NCBI GenBank assembly: GCA_038254195.1
Contig: JBBSGJ010000001.1
Coordinates: forward strand, 1 to 45,556
Direction: 5' to 3'
Origin: Solirubrobacterales bacterium
GTDB taxonomy: Bacteria; Actinomycetota; Thermoleophilia; Solirubrobacterales; Solirubrobacteraceae
Length of the DNA stretch: 45,556 nt
A program made the position numbers and the translations under genes. Positions 1-9,623 of the stretch are shown piece by piece; position 1 is the first letter of the stretch; every line of letters begins with the position of its first letter. Below the pieces are notes generated by a model. The model was not told the origin of the DNA. It did no database searches and was given only the letters and a program-made list of their open reading frames with translations.

Positions 1-1031
1 GCCTTGATCACGCCGCGGGCGACGATGTCCACCCGGGTGTTCGAGACGATCGACATCATCACGGCGATCTTGTCCACGCCGGGCTTCTGGAGGACGAGCT
101 TGGCCAGGCCACACGCCTTGGCGACCGACGGGTTGCCGCCGATCTCGCAGTAGTTCGCGGGCCTGCCGCCGTACTTGCGCACGGCGTCGAAGAGCGTGAG
201 CGAGCCGCCGCCGGCGCCGATCACGAGCCCGAGGTCACCGTCGAACTCGGTGACGTTGCCGGCCACGCCGCGGTGGTCCTGGGCGTCGACCTCCTCGCCG
301 GCGAGCTCGAAGGGCGTGGGCTCGCGCGCCTGGCGGGTCTCCTCGTCGCCCACGCCGAGATCCTGCAGAAGGCGCTTCTGCCGCGGCCGGCCCTCGTTCT
401 CCATGTCCATGTGCGCGTCGAGGGCCACGAACGAGCCGTCCTCGAGCTCTCCGAGCGGGTTGATCTCCGCGAGCGTCATGTCGCGCCCGAGGAAGAGCCG
501 GGCCAGCCGGGTGAGGATGGGGACCGTTCGCGTGAGCGCGCGGCCGGTGACCCCGGTGGAGGCGATGACCTCCTTGGCCATGAAGTCCGAGACGGGGTTG
601 AGCGTCGAGAAGTGCCGCCGGCCGACCTTGTCGGGCTGCTCGGAGGCGACCTGCTCGATGTCGATCCCGCCGACCGGGGAGAAGATCATCACCGGCTGCT
701 TGCTCAGTCCGTCCCACACCACGGCGGCGTAGTACTCCTGCTTGACCTGTGCCTTCGGGTCCACGAGGACCCCGCGGGGTATGTGCCCGTTGATCTCGAG
801 GTCCAGGATCCGGGCGGCGTGGTCGGCGGCCTCGGCGGGTGTGTCGGCGAACGCCACCCCCCCCGCCTTCATCCGCCCTCCCGTGAGGACCTGGGACTTG
901 ACGACCGTCGGCCCCCCGATGCGCTGGGCGATCTCCCGCGCCTGGTCGGCGCTCGTGGCGAAGCCGAAGTCGGTGACGGGGATGCCCGCCCGCTTGACGA
1001 CCTCGCGGGCCTCGTACTCGAAGAAGCGCAC
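1..1031 (-). CDS. Succinate--CoA ligase beta-subunit family protein (ATP-grasp; could equally be a malate or other acyl-CoA ligase). The C-terminal end lies outside the window.
   Basis: Absent from the ORF track because it runs off the left edge. My minus-strand translation from GTG 1031..1029 reads VRFFEYEAREVVKRAGIPVTDFGFATSADQAREIAQRIGGPTVVKSQVLTGGRMKAGGVAFADTPAEA...AEINPLGELEDGSFVALDAHMDMENEG...VIGAGGGSLTLFDAVRKYGGRPANYCEIGGNPS, which is a SucC-type layout. This frame has strong third-position GC bias. Confidence 0.8.
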   Translation of the reverse strand, partial: MRFFEYEAREVVKRAGIPVTDFGFATSADQAREIAQRIGGPTVVKSQVLTGGRMKAGGVAFADTPAEAADHAARILDLEINGHIPRGVLVDPKAQVKQEYYAAVVWDGLSKQPVMIFSPVGGIDIEQVASEQPDKVGRRHFSTLNPVSDFMAKEVIASTGVTGRALTRTVPILTRLARLFLGRDMTLAEINPLGELEDGSFVALDAHMDMENEGRPRQKRLLQDLGVGDEETRQAREPTPFELAGEEVDAQDHRGVAGNVTEFDGDLGLVIGAGGGSLTLFDAVRKYGGRPANYCEIGGNPSVAKACGLAKLVLQKPGVDKIAVMMSIVSNTRVDIVARGVIK

Positions 1032-1149
1032 CTATGCGACCCTCCCGGGCGACCGCGCGGCGGGAGCGGAGGGGGACGAAGTACCGGCCATGCGGCGGCG
1101 CAGGCTATCGCCCGGGATGACTATGGCGACGGCAGGGTACGGAGAAGCC

Positions 1150-1620
1150 ATGGCCTACCGCGGTGAGGTCGATCCGATGCTGGTCGAGGGGGTTCGCCGC
1201 CCGCTGCGGATGTTCGTGTTCGACGACGGGTGGGTGCTCGTGGGGCTGGCGAAGGTCGAGGGCACGCGCTGGAAGGCGGGCCGCGCGCTCGCATTCCAGG
1301 CCGGAGCGGCTGGAGGAGCGGCGGCGGGCGTGGCGCGGGCGCTCGCGAGGGCGCGGGCGATGAACGAGATCAAGGCGGCGATCGAGGCCGACGCCGACAC
1401 GGTCACCGCGCGCGAGGCGGCCGGCCAGATCGAGGACGCGCTGCTCACTCCGCTCGACGCGGTCGCCTCCGCCCGCTTCGAGAAGGGTCGACTCAAGGCT
1501 CGCAAGCTGGTCGTGACCGCCGACGACGGAAGCGAGCATGTCCTGAAGTTCGGCCACAAGAGCAAGCTGCTCGAGCTCCTGCCGCCGCTGCTCGGCTCGC
1601 GGTGGGTCGACGCGACCTGA
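1150..1620 (+). CDS. Hypothetical protein (156 aa)
   Basis: Internal ATG of track ORF 742..1620 (MAYRGEVDPMLVEG...), preceded by GGAGAAG at 1141-1147. The upstream part of the ORF overlaps the SucC-like gene in antisense. I recognise no family. Confidence 0.55.
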   Translation: MAYRGEVDPMLVEGVRRPLRMFVFDDGWVLVGLAKVEGTRWKAGRALAFQAGAAGGAAAGVARALARARAMNEIKAAIEADADTVTAREAAGQIEDALLTPLDAVASARFEKGRLKARKLVVTADDGSEHVLKFGHKSKLLELLPPLLGSRWVDAT

Positions 1621-1659
1621 CCGCGGAGCCCAGACCTGTGCGGGCTCCCCGGGGACCCG

Positions 1660-2082
1660 CTAGGCGGGCACCTCCGTGGCCTCGACGTGCGTGACCGGCA
1701 GCCCCAGGCCCCGGGCCTTGCTCACGAGGTCGACCCGCAGCCAGCGCGACACCCGCGCCGGCAGCGTCGAGACGATGATCTCGTCCGCGCCGTGGAGGTG
1801 CACCGCGTCGTGGATCGCCGCGAGGGGCTCGGGGACGCCCACTTCCCCGGTGACCTTGCGGCCCGCCGCCCCCGACAGCGCCTCGAGGGCGTCGGCGAGG
1901 ACGGCCTCGGCCTCCACGTGATCGTCGTCCTCGGGGTCGACGAAGCGGTGGAGGCCGTGCGGCGTGGCGGGCACGACGAGGTGGAAGTCGACGTCGCCTG
2001 CGTGCGCCCGGGCGCGCACGGCCTCGAGGAGGGCCGGCGTGTGGGCGGTGCGGTTTGCGACAACGAGGACTCGTGCGGGCAT
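1660..2082 (-). CDS. USP-like (adenine-nucleotide alpha-hydrolase fold) protein, 140 aa
   Basis: Internal ATG at 2082 of track ORF 1660..2187 (MPARVLVVANRTAHTPALLEAVRARAHAGDVDFHLVVPAT...ADEIIVSTLP), with AGGAG just upstream on the minus strand. It lies 37 nt downstream of the lyase gene. Confidence 0.6.
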   Translation of the reverse strand: MPARVLVVANRTAHTPALLEAVRARAHAGDVDFHLVVPATPHGLHRFVDPEDDDHVEAEAVLADALEALSGAAGRKVTGEVGVPEPLAAIHDAVHLHGADEIIVSTLPARVSRWLRVDLVSKARGLGLPVTHVEATEVPA

Positions 2083-2119
2083 TGGCAGCTCCTGGGGTTG
2101 TGCCGATCGGCACAAGAGA

Positions 2120-3241
2120 CTACTCTCGGGCGGCGCTTCCGGCCAGCGCGGAGGAGTCCGCGCCCGTCGCTCCATTCGCGGCGCCATCGCCGGACAGCCC
2201 GTAGGCCGCGGCCAGCTCGGGATCCTTGGCCGCGAGCATCTCCGCGAGGTCGACCATGACCCGGCACTGCTTCCACGTCGCGTCGTCCTGCATCTTGCCG
2301 TCGATCATGTGCACGCCGCGCCCGTCGGGGATCGCCTCGATCACCTTCTTGGCGAACCTCACCTCGTCCGGGTCGGGCGAGAAGACCTTCTTCGCGATGT
2401 CGATCTGCACGGGGTGTAGGGACCAGGCACCCACGCAACCGAGCAGGAACGCGGCGCGGAACTGGACCTCACAGCCCGCGACGTCCTTGATGTCCCCGAA
2501 CGGCCCGTAGAAGGGGAGGATCCCCGCCGCCGTGCACGCGTCGACCATGCGCGCGACCGTGTAGTGCCACGGGTCCTGCTGGGAGGAGGCGCGCGGGGCG
2601 TCCGGCGCGTCGGGAGACGGGTCCTCGATGGTCCGGTAGCCGGGATGCCCGCCGCCGACGCGCGTGGTCTTCATCCGCCGCGAGGCGGCGAGATCGGCCG
2701 GGCCGAGCGAGACGCCCTGCATGCGCGGTGAGGCGGTGGTGATCTCCTCGAGGTTCGCCACCCCCTGGGCGGTCTCGAGGATCGCGTGGACGAGGATGGG
2801 CTCCCGCACGCCGGCCTTGGCCTCGAGCTGGGCCAGGAGCCGATCCACGTAGTGGATGTCCCAGGCGCCCTGGACCGTGGGGATCATCACCACGTCGAGC
2901 CGGTCCCCGATCTCGGTGACGAGCGTCGTGAGGTCGTCGAGCGCCCACGGGGACTCGAGCGAGTTGACCCGTGTCCACAGCGCGGCCATGCCGAGGTCGA
3001 GCTCCTTCCCGACCCGTACGAGCCCGTCGCGCGCGGCCTCCTTGCTCTCCACCGCGATGGCGTCCTCGAGGTTGCCCAGGAGGATGTCCGCCTTGCCGGC
3101 GAGGTCGGGCAGCTTCGCGACGATCCGCTCGTTGGAGGGGTCGAAGAAGTGGATCATCCGCGACGGGCCGAACGGGATCTCGGCCGCGGGATCCGGGGCG
3201 CCGACGGCGAGGGGCTTGAGGAAGTCTCGGGGGTTGCGCAT
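2120..3241 (-). CDS. HpcH/HpaI aldolase / citrate-lyase-beta family protein; malyl-CoA / beta-methylmalyl-CoA (or citramalyl-CoA) lyase-like
   Basis: Internal ATG at 3241 of track ORF 2120..3430 ([16 protein letters not shown]...[34 protein letters not shown]...[17 protein letters not shown]...[12 protein letters not shown]...[16 protein letters not shown]...[12 protein letters not shown]). The residues upstream of this Met look non-coding. Confidence 0.85.
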   Translation of the reverse strand: MRNPRDFLKPLAVGAPDPAAEIPFGPSRMIHFFDPSNERIVAKLPDLAGKADILLGNLEDAIAVESKEAARDGLVRVGKELDLGMAALWTRVNSLESPWALDDLTTLVTEIGDRLDVVMIPTVQGAWDIHYVDRLLAQLEAKAGVREPILVHAILETAQGVANLEEITTASPRMQGVSLGPADLAASRRMKTTRVGGGHPGYRTIEDPSPDAPDAPRASSQQDPWHYTVARMVDACTAAGILPFYGPFGDIKDVAGCEVQFRAAFLLGCVGAWSLHPVQIDIAKKVFSPDPDEVRFAKKVIEAIPDGRGVHMIDGKMQDDATWKQCRVMVDLAEMLAAKDPELAAAYGLSGDGAANGATGADSSALAGSAARE

Positions 3242-3287
3242 GAGGGTCGGCGAGGCTACCCGGGGGCGAGAGCGGAGGCTGTCCGGC

Positions 3288-3312
3288 CTTGTACTCGTCA
3301 TGGGAGTACAAG
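3288..3312. promoter_or_regulatory. 9-bp perfect inverted repeat CTTGTACTC-N7-GAGTACAAG that encloses the ATG of the DUF559-like gene
   Basis: Read directly: arms at 3288-3296 and 3304-3312, with spacer gtcatgg containing ATG 3300. It sits in the 58-nt divergent region between the lyase gene and the DUF559-like gene and is locally AT-richer than its surroundings. Confidence 0.3.
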
Positions 3313-4166
3313 TCAGGACGGCCGAGAAGGTCATCGGGGAGCTGGCGTCGGCGCAGTGGGGTGTGGCGACCCGGGCGCAGCTCATCGAGGAAGGTGTGAC
3401 GTCCGCGGAGATCGAGCAGCGACTCGGCACGGGGACACTGCTGCCGCAGTACCGAGGCGTCTACCGCGTCGGCCACCGGGCGCGGAGCGTCGAGGCCACG
3501 TACCTGGCCGGGGTCCTGGCGTGTGGGGAGGGCGCGGTCCTCAGCGGCCGCGCGGCGGGGTACCTGCTCGGGCTGCTGAGGGGCGCCGCTCCGGCGCCGG
3601 AGGTCACCGCGCTCAAGGAGAGGAAGATCCCGCGCGTTCGCGTCCGGCGCGCCCGGCGGGGCGAGCCCCCGGAGGTCACGACCTGGCGCGGCGTCCCGAT
3701 CACCACCGTCCCGCGCACCCTCGTCGACCTCGCCGCCTCCCTCTCCTTCGAAGACCTCGCTCGAGCCTGCCACGAGGCCGGAGTCCGCCACGGGACGACG
3801 CCCGCCCAGATCGACGCCGTCCTCGAAGACCGTCCCAACACACCGGGCGCGGAGCACCTTCGCCGCGTCCTCCACGGCGACGCGCGCGTCACCCTGTCGA
3901 CCCTCGAGCGCCGATTCCTCGCCGTCCTGCGTCAGGCCGGCCTCCCGCTGCCGGAAACCAATCGTCGCGCCCACGGCCGACGCGTCGACTGCCGCTGGCC
4001 CGCCCATCGCCTCACCGTCGAGCTCGACGGCTACCGCTACCACTCCTCCCGCCACGCGTGGGAGCTCGACCGCCGTCGCGAGCGCGAGGCCCGGGCCCGA
4101 GGCGACGAGTTCCGCCGCTGGGACGTCTGCGAGCATCCTCCCCGTCCTCGAAGTCGTACGTCGTGA
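3300..4166 (+). CDS. AbiEi_4-like N-terminal domain plus DUF559 (Vsr-like endonuclease fold) protein
   Basis: Internal ATG at 3300 of track ORF 2856..4166 ([59 protein letters not shown]...[11 protein letters not shown]...[45 protein letters not shown]). This architecture is common and multi-copy in actinobacteria. Confidence 0.75.
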   Translation: MGVQVRTAEKVIGELASAQWGVATRAQLIEEGVTSAEIEQRLGTGTLLPQYRGVYRVGHRARSVEATYLAGVLACGEGAVLSGRAAGYLLGLLRGAAPAPEVTALKERKIPRVRVRRARRGEPPEVTTWRGVPITTVPRTLVDLAASLSFEDLARACHEAGVRHGTTPAQIDAVLEDRPNTPGAEHLRRVLHGDARVTLSTLERRFLAVLRQAGLPLPETNRRAHGRRVDCRWPAHRLTVELDGYRYHSSRHAWELDRRREREARARGDEFRRWDVCEHPPRPRSRTS

Positions 4167-4771
4167 TGACGTCGGTGACGATGAGCGCGGTGCGGGGCAT
4201 TCCGGAGGCCGAAGCTAGCCTCCCGCGCTCCATGGGCACCGACACCAGCACGTTCACGACCCGGCAGGCCGAGCGCGAGGCGTCCGGCGCCCATCCCTAC
4301 GGCCGCTACCTCGAGGAGTTCGAGGTCGGGGCGGTCTACCAGCACTGGCCCGCCAAGACTGTGACCGAGGCCGACGACCACCTGTTCTGCCTCATCACGA
4401 TGAACCATCACCCCCTGCACATCAACGACGTCTACGCGGGGAGGTCCCAGCAGGGCCGCAACGTGGTGGTCGGGCCGCTCGTCTACTCGCTCGCCCTCGG
4501 GATGAGCGTCTCCGACGTCTCCGGCAAGGCGATCGCGAACCTCGCCACCGAGCAGCTCTCGCACCCCGCGCCCGTGTTCCATGGCGACACCCTCTTCGTC
4601 GAGACCGAGGTGCTCGAGAAGAGGGAATCGCGCTCCAAGCCCGACCGGGGGACGGTCAGGGTCCACACGCGGGTCTTCAACCAGGACGGCACGCTCGTGG
4701 CCGAGTTCAAGCGCCTCGTGCTCGTGCCCCGACGGGATGCGACCTCACCGGGCCGGCCATCCGCGGGGTAG
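4166..4771 (+). CDS. MaoC-family (R)-specific enoyl-CoA / mesaconyl- or itaconyl-CoA hydratase-like protein (single hot-dog domain)
   Basis: This is the tail of track ORF 2786..4771: ...[81 protein letters not shown]...[45 protein letters not shown]. The start is uncertain: ATG 4166 overlaps the upstream stop as TGATG, and the alternatives are ATG 4181 and ATG 4232. Confidence 0.8.
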   Translation: MTSVTMSAVRGIPEAEASLPRSMGTDTSTFTTRQAEREASGAHPYGRYLEEFEVGAVYQHWPAKTVTEADDHLFCLITMNHHPLHINDVYAGRSQQGRNVVVGPLVYSLALGMSVSDVSGKAIANLATEQLSHPAPVFHGDTLFVETEVLEKRESRSKPDRGTVRVHTRVFNQDGTLVAEFKRLVLVPRRDATSPGRPSAG

Positions 4772-4814
4772 GATCGGCCTCCTCCCGCACCGCCGACGAA
4801 GGAGCTTCCATCCC

Positions 4815-6638
4815 GTGAGCACGACCGCCCCCCCGACCACGAACGCCAAGCTCCGTGAGTGGGTCGACGAGGTCGCCGAGCTCACCACACCCGACGCGAT
4901 CCACTGGTGCGACGGGTCGGCCGAGGAGTACGAGCAGCTCTGCTCGACCCTCGTGGAGGCGGGGACGTTCACGAAGCTCTCCGAGGCCAAGCGGCCAAAC
5001 TCCTACCTCGCGCGCTCGGACCCCGGGGACGTCGCGCGCGTCGAGGATCGCACGTTCATCTGCCCGGAGGCCGAGGAGGACGCCGGTCCGACGAACCACT
5101 GGCGTGAGCCCGGCGAGATGCGCGAGACGCTCCGCGGGCTGTTCAAGGGCTCCATGCGGGGCCGGACGATGTACGTCGTGCCCTTCTCGATGGGCCCGCT
5201 CGGCTCGCCCATCGCCCACATCGGCGTGGAGCTCACCGACTCGGCCTACGTGGCGGTGTCCATGCGGATCATGACCCGGATGGGCAAGGGCGCGCTCGAC
5301 GTCCTCGGGGAGGAGGGGGAGTGGGTTCCCTGCCTGCACTCCGTGGGCGCGCCGCTCGCCGACGGCGAGGCCGACGTGCCCTGGCCCTGCAACGCGGACA
5401 ACAAGTACATCGTGCACTTCCCCGAGACGCGCGAGATCTGGTCCTACGGCTCGGGCTACGGCGGCAACGCCCTGCTCGGCAAGAAGTGCTTCGCGCTACG
5501 GATCGCCTCGATCATGGCCCGCGACGAGGGCTGGATGGCCGAGCACATGCTCATCCTCAAGCTCACCTCGCCCGAGGGGGAGGTCAAGTACATCACGGGC
5601 GCCTTCCCGTCCGCGTGCGGCAAGACCAACCTCGCCATGCTCATCCCCACGCTGGAGGGGTGGAAGGTCGAGACGGTGGGCGACGACATCGCCTGGATGA
5701 AGTGGGGGGAGGACGGCCGGCTCTACGCGATCAACCCCGAGGCGGGCTTCTTCGGCGTGGCCCCCGGCACCGGCGAGAAGACGAACCCCAACGCGGTCGC
5801 CACCGTCACCGAGAACTCGATCTTCACGAACTGCGCGCTGACCGACGACGGCGACGTGTGGTGGGAGGGCCTCTCCGCGGCCCCGTCGCACGTGATCGAC
5901 TGGCACGGCGACGACTGGACGCCGGAGTCCGAGAAGCCCGCGGCGCACCCCAACGCGCGCTTCACGACCCCGGCCGCCCAGTGCCCGTCCATCGCTCCGA
6001 ACTGGGAGGACCCGGGGGGAGTCCCGATCGACGCCTTCCTCTTCGGGGGCCGGCGCTCGAAGGTCGTGCCCCTCGTGTCCGAGGCCTTCGACTGGGAGCA
6101 CGGCGTGTTCCTCGCCTCCCAGATGTCCTCCGAGACGACCGCCGCCGCGGCCGGCGCGGTGGGCCAGCTGCGCTTCGATCCCATGGCGATGCTGCCGTTC
6201 TGCGGCTACGACATGGCCGACTACTTCGAGCACTGGCTGGAGATGGGGTCCCGCGAGGGTGCGCAGCCTCCGCGCATCTTCTACGTGAACTGGTTCCGCA
6301 AGGACGACGACGGGAGGTTCCTGTGGCCCGGCTTCGGTGAGAACTCCCGCGTGCTCGCGTGGATCTTCCGCCGTTGTGAGGAAACGGCCACCACCCGGGA
6401 GACCTTGGTCGGCCTCGTCCCCGGCCCCGGCGAGATCGACCTCGCGGGCCTCGACATCAGCGAGGAGGCGATGGCCGAGCTCCTCGTTGTCGACCCCGAG
6501 GCCTGGAAGGCCCAGATCCCCCAGGTCCGCGAGCACTTCGCGCGGTTCGGCGACGACCTGCCCGCCGAGCTGCGCGACCAGCTCGACACCCTCGAGAAGC
6601 GACTGGGAGGCGTCTCGGCCGAGGCCGAGCGGGCGTGC
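4815..6638 (+). CDS. pckG: Phosphoenolpyruvate carboxykinase (GTP). Only the conserved part is annotated. There is no in-frame stop here, and the literal ORF continues to 8228.
   Basis: GTG 4815 is preceded by GAAGGAG (4797-4803). Family motifs are present: ...[16 protein letters not shown]...[22 protein letters not shown]...[13 protein letters not shown]...GDDIAWMK...[13 protein letters not shown]...FGGRR...[11 protein letters not shown]...[18 protein letters not shown]. Similarity ends at about 6610-6640. See the finding on the missing stop. Confidence 0.85.
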
Positions 6639-7021
6639 CGGACGAGGAGCCGGACCTCGATCTTGCGGCGGCGTCCCTCCGGGCCGACCGGGGGGACCTG
6701 GACGCCTACGTCGAGGGCCTGGCCGCGCGGCTCGCGGATGCGCTGCCCGGACAGGTGGAGGTGGAGCGCCGCCGGACGCGGCTCTTCGGCGGCCCGCGCC
6801 GCGTGCACGCCCTGCGCGCCGCGCTCGGGGATACGACGTTCTCCCTCGCGCGCTCGGGACACCGGCTCGCGGGCCGGCGCGAGCAGGTCGTGCGGGGTGT
6901 GCGCATCAAGGGCGAGGACCTCGCGCTCGACGCCTGGATCGACGCGCTCGTGGCCGAGCTGGGCGAGGAGGCGCGCTCCTCGGCCCGGGCGCGCGAGGCG
7001 CTCGGGAGGCTGGTGGGCTGA
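6635..7021 (+). CDS. Hypothetical protein (128 aa), first gene of the YbjQ/ABC module
   Basis: Track ORF 6635..7021 has very strong GC3 bias in this frame (gtg ccg gac gag gag ccg gac ctc...). Its TGA stop overlaps the next ATG as TGATG at 7019-7023. I recognise no family. Confidence 0.65.
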   Translation: MPDEEPDLDLAAASLRADRGDLDAYVEGLAARLADALPGQVEVERRRTRLFGGPRRVHALRAALGDTTFSLARSGHRLAGRREQVVRGVRIKGEDLALDAWIDALVAELGEEARSSARAREALGRLVG

Positions 7022-7884
7022 TGGGAGCAGACCACCCGCCCGCGCTGCCGGCGAGCGCGGAGCAGCGCCTGCGCGAGCTCGCGGGAACCGAGGGGGCGCT
7101 GTTCACGTCCACGCTCTCGGTGAACGAGTGGGCCATCGGCCACTCCGCCGGGGTCGAGCCCATCGCGCAGGTGATGGGCTCCTCCGTCTACCACGTGGGC
7201 TGGCAGAACCAGTGGTTCTCCTCGGGCTGGTCGCAGGGCGGGCGCACGGAGGAGCTCGCGGTGCTGTCCGAGGCGTGGAACGAGTCGCGCCGGCGCGCGC
7301 TGTCGCGCCTGGAGCAGGAGGCGCGGCTCGTCGGCGCGCACGCGGTGGTCGGGGTGGACGTCCGCCGCGGCGACCACGACTGGGCGCCCGACGCGGTGGA
7401 GTGGGTGGTGACGGGCACGGCGGTCCGCCTCCCGGGCGCGCTGCCGACCGACCGCCCCGTCCTCTCGGACCTCTCCGGGCAGGAGTTCTCCCTGCTCGCC
7501 CGCGCGGGCTGCCGCCCGGTGGGGATCGTCGCCGCCTCCACGGTGGTCTACGTGGTGTCCGGACGGTCCACCCGGAACGCGATGAGCGGCGGCCTCTTCG
7601 GGAGCGGCTGGCGCAACCAGGAGCTCACGGACTACACCCAGGGCGTCTACGACGCGCGCGAGCTCGCCCTGGGCCGGATCAACCTCCAGGCGCTGGAGCT
7701 CGGCGCGGGCGGCGTCGTCGGCGTGCACATCGACCAGCACCACCGCCTGCGCCGCGTCGGCTCGGACTCCAACGAGCGCATCGACCTCGTCATCACCTTC
7801 CACGTCCTCGGCACCGCGATCGAGGAGACCCCGGCGCGAGCACCGCTCGATGCCCTTCCCGTCCTCACCGTCACCGAGGTCTGA
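7021..7884 (+). CDS. Tandem double YbjQ/DUF74 ('heavy-metal-binding'-annotated) domain protein, paralog 1
   Basis: Internal ATG 7021 of track ORF 6337..7884. There are two repeats of the YbjQ pattern: [11 protein letters not shown]...[27 protein letters not shown]...VTGTAVRL, then [11 protein letters not shown]...[28 protein letters not shown]...VLGTAIEE. Confidence 0.8.
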   Translation: MGADHPPALPASAEQRLRELAGTEGALFTSTLSVNEWAIGHSAGVEPIAQVMGSSVYHVGWQNQWFSSGWSQGGRTEELAVLSEAWNESRRRALSRLEQEARLVGAHAVVGVDVRRGDHDWAPDAVEWVVTGTAVRLPGALPTDRPVLSDLSGQEFSLLARAGCRPVGIVAASTVVYVVSGRSTRNAMSGGLFGSGWRNQELTDYTQGVYDARELALGRINLQALELGAGGVVGVHIDQHHRLRRVGSDSNERIDLVITFHVLGTAIEETPARAPLDALPVLTVTEV

Positions 7885-8691
7885 ATGAGCTACGACCCCA
7901 CCTCCCTGGAGGGCGTCCCCGAGCACGGCCGGCAGCGCCTCGAGCAGAACAAGCGCGGCCTGTTCACGTCCGACCTGTCGGTCAACGAGTTCCTGCTCGT
8001 ACGCGACGCGGGCTTCGACCCGCTCGGGCTCGTGATCGGATCCTCGATCTACCACATCGGCGTCCAGCTCCGGGGCTGGAACCGCAACGCGGAGATGGAC
8101 GTCCTCTCCAAGGCGATGTACGACGCCCGCGACCTGGCCATGACCCGGATGGAGGAGGAGGCCGACCAGCTCGGGGCCGACGGGATCGTCGGCGTCCGGC
8201 TCGAGGTCGGGCGCTACGAGTGGGGTGAGCACATGGCGGAGTTCATCGCCATGGGCACGGCGATCCGCCACCGCGAGGGCCGCGTCCACCGGGCGCCGAA
8301 CGGCCGCCCGTTCACCTCCGACCTCTCGGGCCAGGACTTCTGGACGCTGCTGCGCACCGGCCACCGCCCGGTGGGGATGGTGATGGGCTCCTGCGTCTAC
8401 CACGTCGCCCACCGCGGGATGCTCCAGACGATCGCCCAGGCGGGCCGGAACACCGAGCTCGAGAACTACACCCAGGCCCTCTACGACGCGCGCGAGCTCG
8501 CGATGGAGCGCATGCAGGCCGAGGCCGAGGCGCTCGAGGCGCGGGGGATCGTCGGCGTGCAGCTCCAGGAGGGCTCCCACGGCTGGGGCTCGCACGTCAT
8601 CGAGTTCTTCTCGGTGGGAACCGCGATCGTGGAGGGTGACGCCCCGGGGCAGCTCGAGCCGCCCCGACCGGTGCTCGATCTGCGAGGCTGA
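7885..8691 (+). CDS. Tandem double YbjQ/DUF74 domain protein, paralog 2
   Basis: Track ORF 7885..8691; its ATG directly abuts the upstream TGA. The pattern repeats: [11 protein letters not shown]...[29 protein letters not shown]...AMGTAIRH, then [11 protein letters not shown]...[29 protein letters not shown]...SVGTAIVE. I compared these against my recollection of E. coli YbjQ (ARE.A...lGADAVVGI...GTAV). Confidence 0.85.
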   Translation: MSYDPTSLEGVPEHGRQRLEQNKRGLFTSDLSVNEFLLVRDAGFDPLGLVIGSSIYHIGVQLRGWNRNAEMDVLSKAMYDARDLAMTRMEEEADQLGADGIVGVRLEVGRYEWGEHMAEFIAMGTAIRHREGRVHRAPNGRPFTSDLSGQDFWTLLRTGHRPVGMVMGSCVYHVAHRGMLQTIAQAGRNTELENYTQALYDARELAMERMQAEAEALEARGIVGVQLQEGSHGWGSHVIEFFSVGTAIVEGDAPGQLEPPRPVLDLRG

Positions 8692-8696
8692 GCGGC

Positions 8697-9623
8697 GTGG
8701 ACGGACTCGCCCTCGAGGGCCTGACCAAGCGCTACGGCGACCGCGTCGCGCTGGACGATCTCTCCTTCGCCGTGGCGCCCGGGGCGATGTTCGGCTTCGT
8801 GGGGCCCAACGGGGCGGGGAAGACGACGACGATGCGCATCGTGCTCGGGGTTCTCGCCGCCGACTCGGGGCGGGTCGCCTGGCAGGGGGAGGAGCTCGAC
8901 GTCGACGCCCGCCGGGCGATCGGCTACATGCCCGAGGAGCGCGGGCTCTACCCGAAGATGAAGGTCCGCGACCAGGTCGTCTTCTTCGCGCGCCTGCATG
9001 CCCTGGAGCGCGAGGAGGCCGAGCGGGCGACGGACAGCTGGCTCGAGCGCCTGGGGATCGCCGACCGCGCCGAGGACAAGGTGGAGAAGCTCTCGCTCGG
9101 CAACCAGCAGCGCGTCCAGCTCGCGGTGGCGCTCGTGCACGATCCCGTCCTGCTCGTGCTCGACGAGCCCTTCTCGGGGGTGGACCCGGTCGGCGTCGAC
9201 GTCCTGAGCGAGGTCCTCGCCGAGCGGGCGCGGGTCGGCGTGCCCGTCGTGTTCTCCTCCCATCAGCTCGAGCTCGTCGAGCGTCTCTGCGACGCGGTGG
9301 CGATCGTCGCCGACGGCCGGCTCGTGGCCTCCGGCGAGGTGGAGGAGTTGCGGGAGAAGAGGGGCGGAAGGCGCCTGGAGGTCGAGGTCGGCGGCGGCGA
9401 CCCGAGCTGGGCGCGCGGCGTGTCCGGGGTGCGGGCCGTCGAGGCGGACGGCGCCCTCGTCTCCCTCGAGCTCGAGGAGGGCGCCGACGAGCAGGTCGTG
9501 CTCGATGCGGCGCGGCGGGCGGGTCGCGTGGAGCGCTTCGGCTGGGCGCGCCCGAGCCTCACCGACCTCTTCCGTGAGGCGGTGGAGGACACCGCTGCCT
9601 CCACAGGAGCGGGGGTCGAATGA
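8697..9623 (+). CDS. ABC transporter ATP-binding protein (ABC-2 / NatA-like)
   Basis: Walker A GPNGAGKTT, signature LSLGNQQR and Walker B LLVLDEP are present. It starts 5 nt after the preceding stop. Confidence 0.9.
   Translation: MDGLALEGLTKRYGDRVALDDLSFAVAPGAMFGFVGPNGAGKTTTMRIVLGVLAADSGRVAWQGEELDVDARRAIGYMPEERGLYPKMKVRDQVVFFARLHALEREEAERATDSWLERLGIADRAEDKVEKLSLGNQQRVQLAVALVHDPVLLVLDEPFSGVDPVGVDVLSEVLAERARVGVPVVFSSHQLELVERLCDAVAIVADGRLVASGEVEELREKRGGRRLEVEVGGGDPSWARGVSGVRAVEADGALVSLELEEGADEQVVLDAARRAGRVERFGWARPSLTDLFREAVEDTAASTGAGVE

Noticed and set aside
2469-4136. 555-aa minus-strand ORF, and the overlapping plus-strand ORFs 2786..4771 (upstream part) and 2856..4166 (upstream part)
   Set aside because: These are shadow frames antisense to, or out of frame with, the lyase and DUF559 genes. 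Their Arg/Pro/Gly/Ala-rich composition is typical of non-coding frames in GC-rich DNA.
6639-8228. The C-terminal 530 codons of the 1215-aa track ORF as a genuine extra domain of PEPCK
   Set aside because: The translation is Arg/Pro/Gly/Ser-rich and low in complexity. The same DNA encodes three ORFs in other frames that have recognisable YbjQ domains and proper GC3 bias. I treat the tail as read-through caused by a missing stop.
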